Positions 52,601-64,000 of a stretch of 64,000 bases of DNA are shown here, piece after piece. A program made the position numbers and the translations under genes. Every line of letters starts with the position of its first letter. Within the stretch, counting starts at the first letter, position 1. The notes beneath the pieces are model-generated. The model was not told where the DNA came from. It worked only from the letters and a program-made list of their open reading frames with translations, and ran no database searches. The stretch is from Eledone cirrhosa (lineage: Eukaryota), in NCBI GenBank assembly GCA_964016885.1, contig CAXHJY010000565.1, forward strand, positions 62,001-126,000. The letters are read 5' to 3'.

Positions 52601-53051
52601 CCCAACGTGCATCTAGGATGTCATTCCAATCCCCCGCTAGAAGCAGGGAACGCGACGTTCCCAGAAAAGTCTCCAAACGCTGGAAGAAGTCGGGCCGTTC
52701 AGCTCCGAAAGGGGAGTAGACGGCGACCAGTCTCAAGGCCGCACTTTCACTACTGCCAACGTCTAGCACCAACAAACGACCCTCCGGGTCCGAGTGCACA
52801 ACCTGTACGGCAAGACCCAGGTGTTTTTTCAGCAGCACGACAACCCCACCCCCACCTCCAGGTTGACAGAGAGATGCATGCACCTCAAAGTCATCGAAGG
52901 TGGGGGCCAGCTGCCGCATGACGCTGATTCGAGTCTCACAGATAACCATTACATTTATACTACATGACCTGAGGTCATTTAGAAGCTTTGCTTGCTTCCA
53001 AGTTGAGCCCAGGCCACGTGCATTCAAACATCCTACTCTTAACACATCCAT
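49611..53051 (-). CDS. LINE ORF2: AP endonuclease + reverse transcriptase + C-terminal CCHC finger
   Basis: CLNARGL, ICETR, GDWND, SYLDRF, TDHK; PGYWKLN; PGLDG, FRPITLLN, LDQSKAFDRVDH, IRQGCPLS, AYADD, LLGVWF, GGLG; CPRC...ETVAHALVQC. 1146 aa uninterrupted. Confidence 0.95.
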   Translation of the reverse strand: MDVLRVGCLNARGLGSTWKQAKLLNDLRSCSINVMVICETRISVMRQLAPTFDDFEVHASLCQPGGGGGVVVLLKKHLGLAVQVVHSDPEGRLLVLDVGSSESAALRLVAVYSPFGAERPDFFQRLETFLGTSRSLLLAGDWNDILDARWDYAGACPNRGGCNSLKGLLDRFNLVDRYRLDFPTVPTWTWRNHSGQSRSYLDRFLVRSKDRDILSCPEMRTVGYTDHKLVTCVVNLEKTHRQGPGYWKLNLSLPAKEAYRNRISRLVKERLTGAIVNNRWWASLKREIRTESISYSKMLAANRNRNEKELTGKLEEAIKSEDVARVLASRTALNQFFDAKHEGCVIRSKIRALGNEGAKAVGWARVTEAKSGNRSTIRSLQDEDGRVIREPKQMCEAFQKHFGRLFGGGEGPGRGVDFGPYLDGLPRLSNKEAESCEGPISADEIGDALSQCSRRKFPGLDGIPYELYLAMPVFFSELLEAVYCNWQQNGRIPCSVAKGVVTLVRKDENKGDSINNFRPITLLNTELKILAKVLAKRLALVVGGLVGDAQTCAIPSRSIHDNLHLMRYIIERVGNKPGFGGALINLDQSKAFDRVDHGYLDAVLAAAGFGPVFRGWITALHSNHICSRIKVNGYLSKPFEITRSIRQGCPLSSLLYVLTLEPLLRKLELLQGIPLEPGLSKAVSAYADDVTVMVSTDSEIEAIGTLLEEYERLSGAKLNREKSIGLQLGTWRGKPMPPDGVVGHWTEGPVKLLGVWFGPDLQVEKNWNEVTNKVFALTQKWAKCKLSLKGRAEVANIYIASVTYYRLTVVPCPKETLTTMERMLFQFLWKKRPPMVRRSICCQQPSKGGLGMPWLMMRRHALRLRHLQVFLTGQPVWAPFVKRAFPRLVSLTELQSWVKQRSGKLGDWHTECAQALRALWQAGRAIGGESTSSFYRGLVASRGDDTLGESLDMEEEDELASLFGRTFGPGPMDNFQKSLAWQCYRGALPVRERLYRHGRPDRDPSKKICPRCVRHEETVAHALVQCPGVADLWGYAEQLLSRVAPIKLTAESVMTIKPPPLFTKEAKAVFLCVIAMLKEVVWWTRLKGLRSGNFLSGHSLVYFFRYHFGRRIRMEREVLGHRQFYERWVIVARMARVNGPSLYTIL

Positions 53052-53084
53052 GTGGGCGGCAGAGCCAAAGGAGAGTGTAGAGAC

Positions 53085-54962
53085 CTACCTTTCCGCTTCC
53101 CGGGGTTCGGGTTGCACGACTTCCATGGGGTCGGGGGTGTTGGGTGAAGGGGTGTCTTGTGGTGGTGTGGGGTCGTCAGTGTGTGGTGGGGTTGGGGTGT
53201 TTGGAGTTGTGTTGGGGAGGGGAAGGGGAGGGGGAAAGCTTTTTAGTAGGACGCGGTTTATGGGTTTGACAGAGGGTGGTCCTACGTCCTCCTTAAAATC
53301 CTTTTTTAGTTTTTGGTAGAGGTTCATTGGGATTTTTATTAGTTTTAAATGTGGGTGGTTTTCTGATGAAACAAAGTTTACACCTTCGGTTTGTACCGAA
53401 GGATTATTGTATATGAGTTCATTTAATTTATTATTGTTTCTGTTGATGTAAGTATAGTGTAATGTCTTTTTTTCCGATGGTGTGAGTGTTTCGAAGAGGG
53501 GAGGGGCAGGTTTGGTTTTGTTTGTTGCTGGAGGGGTGTTTTCTGTTTTGTTAGATTGTGTTGCGATTTGGGTGGGGGTTGTTTGTCCTTGTGTGTTTTG
53601 CACATGTTTTCTTTTTTTCCTTTTAATCTGTCTGAAGGACTCCTTTTCTTCCTCCGAATTCGTTGGGTTATCTTCAGTGTTGGAGGGAAGAGGTATGTTT
53701 GCTGGTAATGTTTCCGTGTTGGTTTTCTTTGTGGGGGAGATGGATGTCACTATGTTAGACTGTGTTGTGTGTTGTGTCTGCGGTGGTTGTGTTGTTTTAT
53801 TGAGTGAGAGGTTGGGTGGGCCTGTATTTTGTTTTGGGGTAATGTGTTGTGACTGTTTGTGTTGTGGTGGTGTTGTGGTGTTACTGAGGGACGGGTTGGG
53901 TGGGACTGAGTTTTGTTGTTTGTTTATCTGTTGTGGTGGTGGTGGTGGAGCTGGTGTTGGTAGCAGGGTTTTCTTTTTGTTGAGTTGGGGACAAGCGGCC
54001 TTCAGGTGCCCTCTGCCTGCACAGATATGGCAGGACGGCCTTCTCCCCTCCACGCTAATGTTTATATACCCGTGGTCCTCTAATAGGATTCTGTCGGGTA
54101 TTTGGGCGATGCGTTCAGGCTTCATTTGTACTACCAGCTCTATACCTGTTCCACTGAACGCATTGCCTGTGGTTTTCCCAATGGAAATCACGTTGTCATT
54201 CACTGGATCGATGAAGCCAGCTATGAGCCAGCAGTAGTCCACATCTGGCATCATTGCATCCAGCCATATGCGTTGAGTTTTTTTTCCCATATAAGATGGA
54301 TAAAAGGTGAAATTTTTCGAACGAATCGGTGACAAAGCACATTTTTTTGCCGCCGATTCGTTCTTCATGATGATTGCTAGGCTTCCATACAGTCTGTCTT
54401 TTCTTATGAAAGTTGTTTCATTCAGTACTTCTGCGAGTACTGTTTTGATATCTGCTTGAGAAGGCTGTTCAGGTTTTTTTGTACTGTTGTTGATGGTCCG
54501 AAACTTGACCGTTCGGCTTTCAATGTCTTTCGTGAATTCTTGAGGCATTTTTACCAATAAAATACCATTCTCACCTTCACTTATGTATTGTTTTGCGTCC
54601 GTGATCCTTCGTACCACATCTGAAATGTTTTCCGCTATATAAGTCAAAGATTTCTTTGTTTTCTGTGCAAATGAAATCTTGTCGTCTGCTTTGTTTTCTG
54701 ATATGATGTTATTTTCAACTGTTATTTTTTTGTTTGTTGTGTCTTTGTTTGTGTTATTAGTATTGTCATGCAATTTTTCAAATTTTTTTTTTCCGTTGTT
54801 TTCGTCATTTAATTTTTCCTCCGCAGATTCGTCCGTTTTTATTTTCATTTTTCCTTCCTTCTCTATGACGTTAGTTGGGAAGGAAGGGAGGACTAAAGCG
54901 TGCGAGCTTACAACTCTTACCGCTGTCCCCCCACCACTATTTTCGTTCGCTGCGTTTAACAT
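53085..54962 (-). CDS. LINE ORF1: nucleic-acid-binding protein with zinc knuckle and Pro/Thr/Gln-rich tail
   Basis: CHICAGRGHLKAAC (CX2CX4HX4C), basic KRKKRK, position upstream of ORF2. Confidence 0.88.
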   Translation of the reverse strand: MLNAANENSGGGTAVRVVSSHALVLPSFPTNVIEKEGKMKIKTDESAEEKLNDENNGKKKFEKLHDNTNNTNKDTTNKKITVENNIISENKADDKISFAQKTKKSLTYIAENISDVVRRITDAKQYISEGENGILLVKMPQEFTKDIESRTVKFRTINNSTKKPEQPSQADIKTVLAEVLNETTFIRKDRLYGSLAIIMKNESAAKKCALSPIRSKNFTFYPSYMGKKTQRIWLDAMMPDVDYCWLIAGFIDPVNDNVISIGKTTGNAFSGTGIELVVQMKPERIAQIPDRILLEDHGYINISVEGRRPSCHICAGRGHLKAACPQLNKKKTLLPTPAPPPPPQQINKQQNSVPPNPSLSNTTTPPQHKQSQHITPKQNTGPPNLSLNKTTQPPQTQHTTQSNIVTSISPTKKTNTETLPANIPLPSNTEDNPTNSEEEKESFRQIKRKKRKHVQNTQGQTTPTQIATQSNKTENTPPATNKTKPAPPLFETLTPSEKKTLHYTYINRNNNKLNELIYNNPSVQTEGVNFVSSENHPHLKLIKIPMNLYQKLKKDFKEDVGPPSVKPINRVLLKSFPPPLPLPNTTPNTPTPPHTDDPTPPQDTPSPNTPDPMEVVQPEPREAER

Positions 54963-55195
54963 TTCTGTTAGACGATTGAAATTTTTTACACAAAATGTTT
55001 TTTAAAACAGGTTATTTCACCTCTAGGAGGGGTAAAGATGAGCTGACCCACCGCCTGACAGTTCAGACGGAGGGTCAAGCTACACAATTGTATCAAAATT
55101 AAGTTTGAACTCACAAAATTTCCTCAATAAATTTGAACAAAACTTCTGTGCGAAGTGAATGACATCCACACTGTAGAACAGACGACAGCTAGATT

Positions 55196-55282
<87 letters not shown>

Positions 55283-55497
55283 TATTTCTTTATTTACCAT
55301 AAAGGTATAAAAGGGACAAATACAAGGGGGGGGGAGTTTACATAAAACCGAGTAAAAAGGGTATAAAATGAAAATAATCAAAAACAACCTCAAAAGGGAG
55401 GGGACGTGATGGTGGTTGCACACACCCCCGAAAAAGTGTGCAATCCTTTGCCCAGGGAGCACATGGAGAAGGTGCTCCCCTCTCCTTCACTTCTTTA

Positions 55498-58400
55498 CCT
55501 ACAGGATGGTATACAGAGGAGGCCCATTTATACGAGCCATTCTCGCTACTATCACCCACCTTTCATAAAACTGCCTGTGGCCAAGCATCTCTCTCTCTCC
55601 ATTATTATCCTTCTTCCGAAGTGATATCGGAAGAAGTATACCAGACTATGACCAGAGAGGAAGTTGCCTGACCTCAGACCTTTCAATCGTGTCCACCAAA
55701 CAACCTCTTTCAACATGGCTATTACGCACAGAAAAACGCCTTTGCTTCCTTTGTGAAGAGGGGAGGCGGTTTGATTGTCATCACGGACTCGGCGGTCAAT
55801 CGAATCGGCGCTACCCGCGACAGCAGTCGTTCGGCGTAGCCCCACAGATCAGCCACGCCCGGACAGTGCACCAATGCGTGCGCAACGGTTTCTTCGTGAC
55901 GCACGCATCTAGGGCAAATCTTTTTCGAGGGATCCCTCTCCGGGCGCCCGTGTCTGTAGAGCTTTTCTCGAACGGGTAGAGCCCCCCGGTTGCACTGCCA
56001 GGCCAGTGACTTCTGGAAGTTGTCCATTGGTCCCGGGCCGAAAGTCCTACCGAACAGGCTGGCCAGTTCGTCCTCCTCCATGTCCAGCGACTCTCCAAGG
56101 GTGTCATCGCCCTGCTAGCCACTAGCCCTCTATAGAATGACGAGGTGGATTCTCCACCGATGGCCGGGTCCGCTTGCCAGAGAGCCGTGAGCGCCTGGGC
56201 ACACTCAGTGTGCCAGTCGCCCAGTTTTCCGGATCTTTGCTTGACCCAGGACTGCAGCTCGGTGAGCGAGACGAGTCTCGGAAAGGCTCGTTTCACGAAC
56301 GGAGCCCACACCGGTTGACCAGTGAGGAATACCTGTAGGTGCCGTAGCCTTAATGCGTGCCTACGCATCATCAACCCGGCATCCCCAGCCCTCCTTTCGA
56401 AGGTTGTTGGCAGCAGATGGATCTTCTCACCATAGGAGGGCGCTTCTTCCAAAGAAATTGAAAGAGCATGCGTTCCATGGTGGTGAGTGTTTCCTTAGGG
56501 CAAGGCACGACAGTCAGGCGGTAGTAAGTGACGGACGCTATGTAAATGTTCGCCACCTCCGCCCGCCCTTTTAGGGACAGCTTACACTTGGCCCATTTCT
56601 GGGTTAGTGCAAACACCTTGTTCGTAACCTCGCCCCAGTTCTTTTCCACCTGGAAGTCCGATCCAAACCAGACCCCAAGCAACTTCACCGGGCCCTCCGT
56701 CCAGTGTCCGACGACACCGTCGGGAGGCATCGTCTGCCTCTCCACGTTCCGAGTTGCAGCCCGATGGATTTTTCCCGGTTCAGTTTCGCTCCTGACAACC
56801 TTTCGTATTCCTCCAGTAAGGTGCCGATAGCCTCGATCTCCGAGTCGGTCGATACCATTACTGTTACGTCATCGGCGTAGGCCGACACCGCTTTGCTCAA
56901 TCCTGGTTCCAGGGGGATACCCTGCAACAACTCCAGCTTCCTCAGTAAAGGCTCAAGAGTCAATACGTACAGAAGGGAGGAGAGAGGGCACCCCTGTCGA
57001 ATGGATCGTGTGATTTCGAACGGCTTCGAAAGGTAGCCGTTCACCTTGATCCTAGAACAGATGTGGTTGCTATGTAAGGCAGTGATCCAGCCTCTGAAAA
57101 CAGGACCGAACCCAGCCGCCGATAGCACCGCATCCAGGTAACCATGGTCGACCCTATCGAACGCCTTAGACTGATCCAAGTTGATCAGGGCCCCACGGAA
57201 GCCGGGTTTGTTGCCAACCCTCTCTATGAAGTATCGCATGAGGTGGAGGTTGTCGTGAATGGACCTGGATGGGATAGCACATGTCTGCGCATCTCCCACC
57301 AGGCCACCCACGACAAGCGCCAACCTCTTTGCTAACACCTTGGCCAAAATCTTTAACTCTGTGTTTAGCATGGTTATGGGCCGAAAATTATTTATACTAT
57401 CCCCCTTGTTCTCGTCCTTCCTCACCAGCGAGACTACGCCCTTGGCTACAGAACAAGGAATTCTCCCGTTCTGCTGCCAATTGCAGTAGACTGCTTCGAG
57501 GAGTTCGGAGAAGAAGACCGGCATTGCTAAATAAAGTTCGTAAGGTATACCATCGAGACCTGGAGATTTGCGTCTGCTGCATTGGCTCAGCGCATCCCCG
57601 ATCTCATCAGCCGAGATTGGTCCCTCGCAGGACTCTGCCTCTTCGCTCGAGAGACGCGGCAGGCCGTCGATGTATGGACCGAAATCCACGTCCCCGCCCG
57701 GACCCTCGCCTCCTCCGAACAATCGGGCAAAGTGCCTTTGAAAGGCCTCGCACATTTGCTTAGGCTCCCGGATCACTCGTCCATCCTCGTCTTGCAAAGA
57801 CCGGATGGTGGATCGATTTCCACTCTTAGCTTCTGTCACGCGGGCCCAGCCAACGGCTTTGGCCCTCTCATTACCTAGAGGACGTATTTTACTTCGAATG
57901 ACGCAGCCTTCGTGCTTTGCATCGAAAAACTGGCTCAAGGCTGTCCTCGATGCCAGCACTCTGGCCACATCTTCGCTCTTGATTGCCTCTTCTAATTTAC
58001 CTGTTAATTCTTTCTCGTTCCTATTCCTATCAGCAGCTAACATCTTGCTATAACTTATTGATTCTGTTCTAATCTCTCTTTTGAGAGATGCCCACCATCG
58101 GTTGTTGACGATTGCACCCATCAACCTCTCCTTAACTAATCTGCTAATCCGGTCTCTGTAAGCCTCTTTTGCCGGTAAAGACAAATTAAGTTTCCAGTAA
58201 CCGGGACCCTGTCTATGTGTTTTCTCGAGATTGACTACGCAGTTCACTAATTTGTGATCTGTATAGCCAACCGTGAGCATTTCTGGACAGCTTAATATGT
58301 CCCTATCCTTATTTCTAACTAAGAATCTATCTAAGTACGATCTAGATTGACCACTGTGGTTCGTCCAAGTCCAGGTTGGCACAGTTGGAAAATCTAGTCG

Positions 58401-58933
58401 ATATCTATCGACCGAGTTAAAACGGTCGAGTAACCCCTTGAGGCTGTTACACCCCCCTCTATTAGGACATGCTCCTGCATAGTCCCAACGTGCATCTAGG
58501 ATGTCATTCCAAACCCCCGCTAGAAGCATGGAACGCGACGTTCCCAGAAAATCTCCAGACGCTGGAAGAAGTCGGGTCGTTCAGCTCCGAAAGGGGAGTA
58601 GACGGCGACCAGTCTCAAGGCCGCACCTCCACTACTGCCAACGTCTAGCACCAACAAACGACCTTCCGGGTCCGAGTGAACAACCTGTACGGCGAGACCC
58701 AGGTGTTTTTCCAGCAGTACGACAACCCCACCCCCACCTCCAGGTTGACAGAGAGATGCATGCACCTCAAAGTCATCGAATGTAGGGGCCAGCTGCCGCA
58801 CGACGCTGATCCGAGTTTCACAGATAACCATTACATTTATACCACGTGACCTGAGGTCATTTAGAAGCTTTGCTTGCTTCCAAGTTGAGCCCAGGCGACG
58901 TGCATTTAAACATCCTACTCTTAACACATCCAT
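55498..58933 (-). pseudogene. ORF2 of copy 2, broken by several small indels
   Basis: Fragments 58520-58933, 56685-58529, 56371-56745, 55811-56452, 55722-56081 and 55552-55845 reproduce copy-1 ORF2 in shifting frames. Confidence 0.88.
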
Positions 58934-58966
58934 GTGGGCGGCAAAGCCAAAGGAGAGTGTAGAGAC

Positions 58967-60856
58967 CTACCTTTCTGCTTCCCGGGGTTCGGGTCGCACG
59001 ACTTCCATGGGGTCGGGGGTGTTGGGTGAAGGGGTGTCTTGTGGCGGTGTGGGGTCGTCAGTGTGTGGTGGGGTTGGGGTGTTTGGAGTTGTGTTGGGGA
59101 GGGGAAGGGGAGGGGGAAGCTTTTTAGTAGGACGAGGTTTATGGGTTTGACAGAGGGTGGTCCTACGTCCTCCTTAAAATCCTTTTTTAGTTTTTGGTAG
59201 AGGTTCATTGGGATCTTTATTAATTTTAAATGTGGGTAGTTTTCTGAAGAAACAAAGTTTACCCCTTCGGTTTATACCGAAGGGTTATTGTTTATGAGTT
59301 CATTTAATTTATTATTGTTTCTGTTGATGTAAGTATAGTGTAATGTCTTTTTTTCGGATGGTGTGAGTGTTTCGAAGAGGGGAGGGGCAGGTTTGGTTGT
59401 TTGTTGCTGGAGGGGTGTTTTGTGTTTTGTTGGATTGTGTTGACATGGCCTTGTGTGTTTTGCACATGTTTTCTTTTTTTTTTCCTTTTAATCTGTCTGA
59501 AGGACTCTGTTTCTTCCTCCGAATTCGTTGAGTTATCTTCAGTGTTGGGGGGAAGAGGTATGTTTGCTGGTAATGTTTCCGTGTTGGTTTTCTTTGTGGG
59601 GGAGATGGATGTCACTATGTTAGACTGTGTTGTGTGTTGTGGCTGCGGTGGTTGTGTTGTTTTATTGAGTGAGGGGTTGGGTGGGACTGTGTTTTGTTTT
59701 GGGGTAATGTGTTGTGTCTGTTTGTGTTGTGCTGGTGGTGTAGTTTTACTGAGGGACGGGTTGGGTGGGACTGAGTTTTGTTGTTTGTTTATCTGTTGTG
59801 GTGGTGGTGGAGCTGGTGTTGGTAGCAGAGTTTTCTTCTTGTTGAGTTGGGGACAAGCCGCCTTCAGGTGCCCTCTGCCTGCACAGATATGACAGGACGG
59901 CCTTCTCCCCTCCACGCTAATGTTTATATACCCGTGGCCCTCTAATAGGATTCTGTCGGGTATTTGGGCAATGCGTTCAGGCTTCATTTGCACTACAAGT
60001 TCTATACATGTTCCACTGAACGCATTGCCTGTGGTTTTCCCAATGGAAATCACGTTGTCATTCGCTGGATCGATGAAGCCAGCTATGAGCCAGCAGTAGT
60101 CCATATCTGGCATCATCGCATCCAGCCATATGCGCTGAGTTCTTTTACCCATATAAGATGGATAAAAGGTAAAATTTGTCGAACGAACCGGCGACAAAGC
60201 ATATTTTTTTGCCGCTGATTCGTTCTTCATAATAATGGCTAGGCTTCCATACAGCCTGTCTCTTCTTATGAAAGTGGCTTCATTAAGTACTTCTCTAAGT
60301 ACTGCTTTAATTTCTGCTTGTGTTGGTTGTTGAGGTTTTTTTGAGATGCTGTTGATGGTGCGGAAAACGACTGTCCGACTTTCAATATCTTTGGTGAGTT
60401 CTTGGGGCATTTTTACCGATAAGGTTCCATTTTCCCCTTGAGTTATGAATTGTTTGGCGTTTTTTATTCTTTGTGCCACATCTGAAATAATTTCAGGTAT
60501 ATATGTTAAAAATTTTTTTGTTGTTTGTGCAAATGAGATATTATTGGTGTTGACTTTGTCGTCTGTTTCGCTTTCTGTTATGATGTTGTTTTCAAATGTT
60601 ATGTTTGTGTTTGTTGTTTCTTTGTTTGTGGTATTAATATTGTCATGCAATTCTTTCAAATTTTTTTGTTGTTGGAATCAATCTCCAGATTTGTGTTTTC
60701 GTCATTTTTCTCCGCACATTCGTCTGTTTTTATTTTATTTTTTCTTTCCTTCTCTATGACGTTAGTTAGGAAGGAAGGGGGGCTAAAGCGTGCGAGCTTA
60801 CAACTCTTACCGCTACCCCCCCCCCCCCCACTATTTTCGTTAGCTTCGTTTAACAT
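58967..60856 (-). pseudogene. ORF1 of copy 2, frameshifted
   Basis: Fragments 60656-60856, 59304-60659 and 58921-59208; same zinc knuckle. Confidence 0.85.
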
Positions 60857-61081
60857 TTCTGCCAGACGATTGAAATTTTATGCATCAAAATTTTTAAAAA
60901 CAGGTTTTTCTCCCCTGGGAGGGGCGAAAATGAGCTGACCCACCGCCTGACAGTTCAGACGGGGGGTCAAGCTACACAATAGTATCAAAATTAAAATTAA
61001 ACTTACAAAATTTCCGCAATAAATTGGAACAAAACTTCTGCGCGAAGTGAATTACGTCTACGCTATCGAACAGACGACATT

Positions 61082-61420
<339 letters not shown>

Positions 61421-61574
61421 TCCCTTCCCCCACCTCTCTTATCTTTCTCTGATCCATAATAAAGTACTAATCAATATATAAGTATCGATTCCATCTATCC
61501 AATGTTGGTTTGTTCATTCATAGACAATTCAGCCTAGTTTTCTTATTAAAATAAGAAGTATTGTTCTAGCTCTT

Positions 61575-61978
61575 GTTTTTGTTGTTGTTGTTGTAATAGT
61601 TGTGGTCTATGATGATGATGATGACGATGATGATGATGATGATGATGATGATGAGAATAATGACGATAAAGATGTTGTTATTGTTGTTGTTGTTGTTGTT
61701 GTTGTTATTGTCGTTGTTGTTGACTTTGCCGTCGTCGTCCTCGTCGTCGTTGTTGTTGTTGTTGTTGACCTTGCCGCCGTCGTCGTCGTTCTTGTTCTTG
61801 TTATTGTTGCTGTTACTGTTGTTATTGTCGTCGTTGTTGACCTTGTCGTCGTTGTCGTCGTCGCTGTTGCTGTTAACTGCTTCACTTCTGCACTAAATTC
61901 TCATAAAGTAGTAGTAGTAGTAATAGTAGTAATAGTAGTGGTGGCGGTGACGGCGGTGGCGGCAGCAGCAGCAGCAGT

Positions 61979-62047
<69 letters not shown>

Positions 62048-62103
62048 TTATTATTATTATTAGTAGTAGTAGTAGTAGTAGTAGTAGTTGTTGTTGTTGT
62101 TGT

Positions 62104-62151
<48 letters not shown>

Positions 62152-62155
62152 CAGT

Positions 62156-62200
<45 letters not shown>

Positions 62201-62204
62201 CAGT

Positions 62205-62270
<66 letters not shown>

Positions 62271-62289
62271 CAGCAGTAGTAGTAGCAGT

Positions 62290-62349
<60 letters not shown>

Positions 62350-62353
62350 CAGT

Positions 62354-62401
<48 letters not shown>

Positions 62402-62414
62402 CAGTAGTAGCAGT

Positions 62415-62453
<39 letters not shown>

Positions 62454-62577
62454 GTCGCCTGTGAGGCACAAAACCTTGAACTTAAATTGTTTCACTGGTG
62501 CACTTTAACTGGAGTTGTAGACGCCATTGTTGTCTAAATGTAATAGTCAATAAACACACTACAGTAAACACACTACA

Positions 62578-62612
<35 letters not shown>

Positions 62613-62790
62613 CACTACTACTACCACCACTACTACTACTACCACCACTACTGCTACCACTATTACGCACCGACTACTAATATTCACAACGATTACAATT
62701 ACTACTACAACAACAAATTTACTACTACTACTTCTACTACTACTATTACTACTACTACTACTTCTACTACTACTACTACTACTACAATAA
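61575..62790. repeat. (GAT)n, (GTT/GTC)n, (AGT)n and (ACT)n trinucleotide tracts
   Basis: Direct inspection. Confidence 0.95.
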
Positions 62791-62869
62791 CTGTAACAAC
62801 AACAGAAATAAACAATAAACTACTATGATGTAAACAAACCATATATGATATGAAAATATTGGAACCGCA

Positions 62870-63520
62870 TTATATAATACTGTATACCATACTATACTAC
62901 ATTACATTACACTATTCTATACTACACTATTCTATACTACACTATACTAAACTATACTATGCTATATTATACTACACTACACGATACTATATTATTCTAT
63001 TCTATACTACACTATACTATGCTATGCTATACTTCACTACACGATACTATACTATTCTATTCTATACTACACTACTAAATACTTTACTATGCTGTGCTAT
63101 ACTATACTATACTATACTACAAGATACTATACTATACTATACTATACTATGCTATACTATACTATTCTATACTACACTACACGATACTACACGATACTAT
63201 ACTATACTATACTATGCCATACTATACTATACCATACTATACTACACTATATACTACACGATATTCTACTATACTATACTATACTATACTATACTATACT
63301 ATACTATACTATACTATACTATATTATACTATGCTGTGCTATAATATACTATGCCATACTATACTATACTATTCCATACTATACTATTTTATACTATACT
63401 ATACCATACTATACTATACTACACTATATTACACTATTCTATACTGCACTATACTATACTACACTACACTATACATCACTTTATTATGCTATACTATACT
63501 ATGCTATAGCATACTATGTA
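62870..63520. repeat. (TATAC)n pentanucleotide satellite
   Basis: Direct inspection. Confidence 0.95.
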
Positions 63521-63664
63521 TGTATCTACCCGTAACTCATGGGGTATCATATGGACGTCCTAGTGACAAACGGCACTCATCTCTTCTCCAGGTCTGAACA
63601 CAGTCGATTCCTCCAGAGAAGGATAGAGAGTGGTAGAGAGGACGCGAGAAAAAGATATAGAGGA

Positions 63665-63828
63665 AGAATCGACCCCAGTACTTGACTAGCTCTTTTTTTA
63701 TCGACCTTGAAAGGATGAAAAGCAAAGTTGGCTATGGCGGGATTTGAACTCAGAGCGCAGAGAGCCAAAACGAATATTCCAAGCATTCTAGTCGACGTTC
63801 TAATAACTCAGTCAATTTGCTGCCCGCC
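63665..63828 (-). mobile_element. SINE family A (older variant)
   Basis: aatcgaccccagtacttgact...aaggatgaaaagcaaagttgg...gggatttgaactcagagcg. Confidence 0.8.
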
Positions 63829-64000
63829 ATATTTTTTACTATACTATATTTCACTACGCTATACGACGCAATATGGCACTATGCTACATTATACTACACT
63901 ACACTGTAACATTAAATTTCAATTCAGCAGACGTTGTTTTCCCCATTCATTCTGTGAAGTTACAGAACCGCACTGTGATGATTCACAAAAATCCTATGTA

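Larger units (their letters stand above)
49397..55190 (-). mobile_element. Full-length Tx1/L1-clade LINE, copy 1 (intact ORF1 and ORF2)
   Basis: 5' UTR, ORF1, ORF2, 3' UTR with AATAAA; (GATA)n at both ends (49370-49396, 55197-55282). Confidence 0.92.
55285..61080 (-). mobile_element. Full-length Tx1/L1-clade LINE, copy 2 (frameshifted)
   Basis: Colinear with copy 1; followed by (GATA)n 61082-61186. Confidence 0.92.

Noticed and set aside
53482-54237. 251-aa antisense ORF within LINE ORF1
   Set aside because: Shadow of the A/C-rich ORF1 strand; interrupted by a stop in copy 2.
55498-60856. Programmed frameshifting in LINE copy 2
   Set aside because: The indels are scattered, absent from copy 1 and often in homopolymer runs, consistent with decay or sequencing error.

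Overview
Eukaryotic, AT-rich, extremely microsatellite-dense non-genic DNA. The repeat content (tRNA-derived SINEs ending ...AGAAACAATTAT, (TA)/(CA)/(CATA) tracts) suggests a cephalopod/octopus genome, but this is an inference. No host protein-coding exon is recognisable, and most ORFs in the track are translated microsatellites. The window is a mosaic of mobile elements: (i) two full-length, head-to-tail Tx1/L1-clade LINEs (about 49.4-61.1 kb, minus strand), each bounded on both sides by (GATA)n, one with intact ORF1 and ORF2 separated by a single in-frame UAG; (ii) two Penelope-like elements (RT + GIY-YIG) and several pseudo-LTR fold-back palindromes carrying hammerhead-ribozyme-like folds, including a family with a non-canonical CAGAAGA core; (iii) RTE-clade LINE pieces and bipartite non-autonomous RTE derivatives with a structured, covarying 5' head; (iv) two non-autonomous Helitrons, CRE-like and Chapaev-like relics, and MITEs; (v) about 17 copies of one SINE family with target-site duplications (TSDs); (vi) a tRNA-Arg(CCT) copy flanked by a TSD. 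Boundaries were read by eye and are approximate unless tied to the ORF track.
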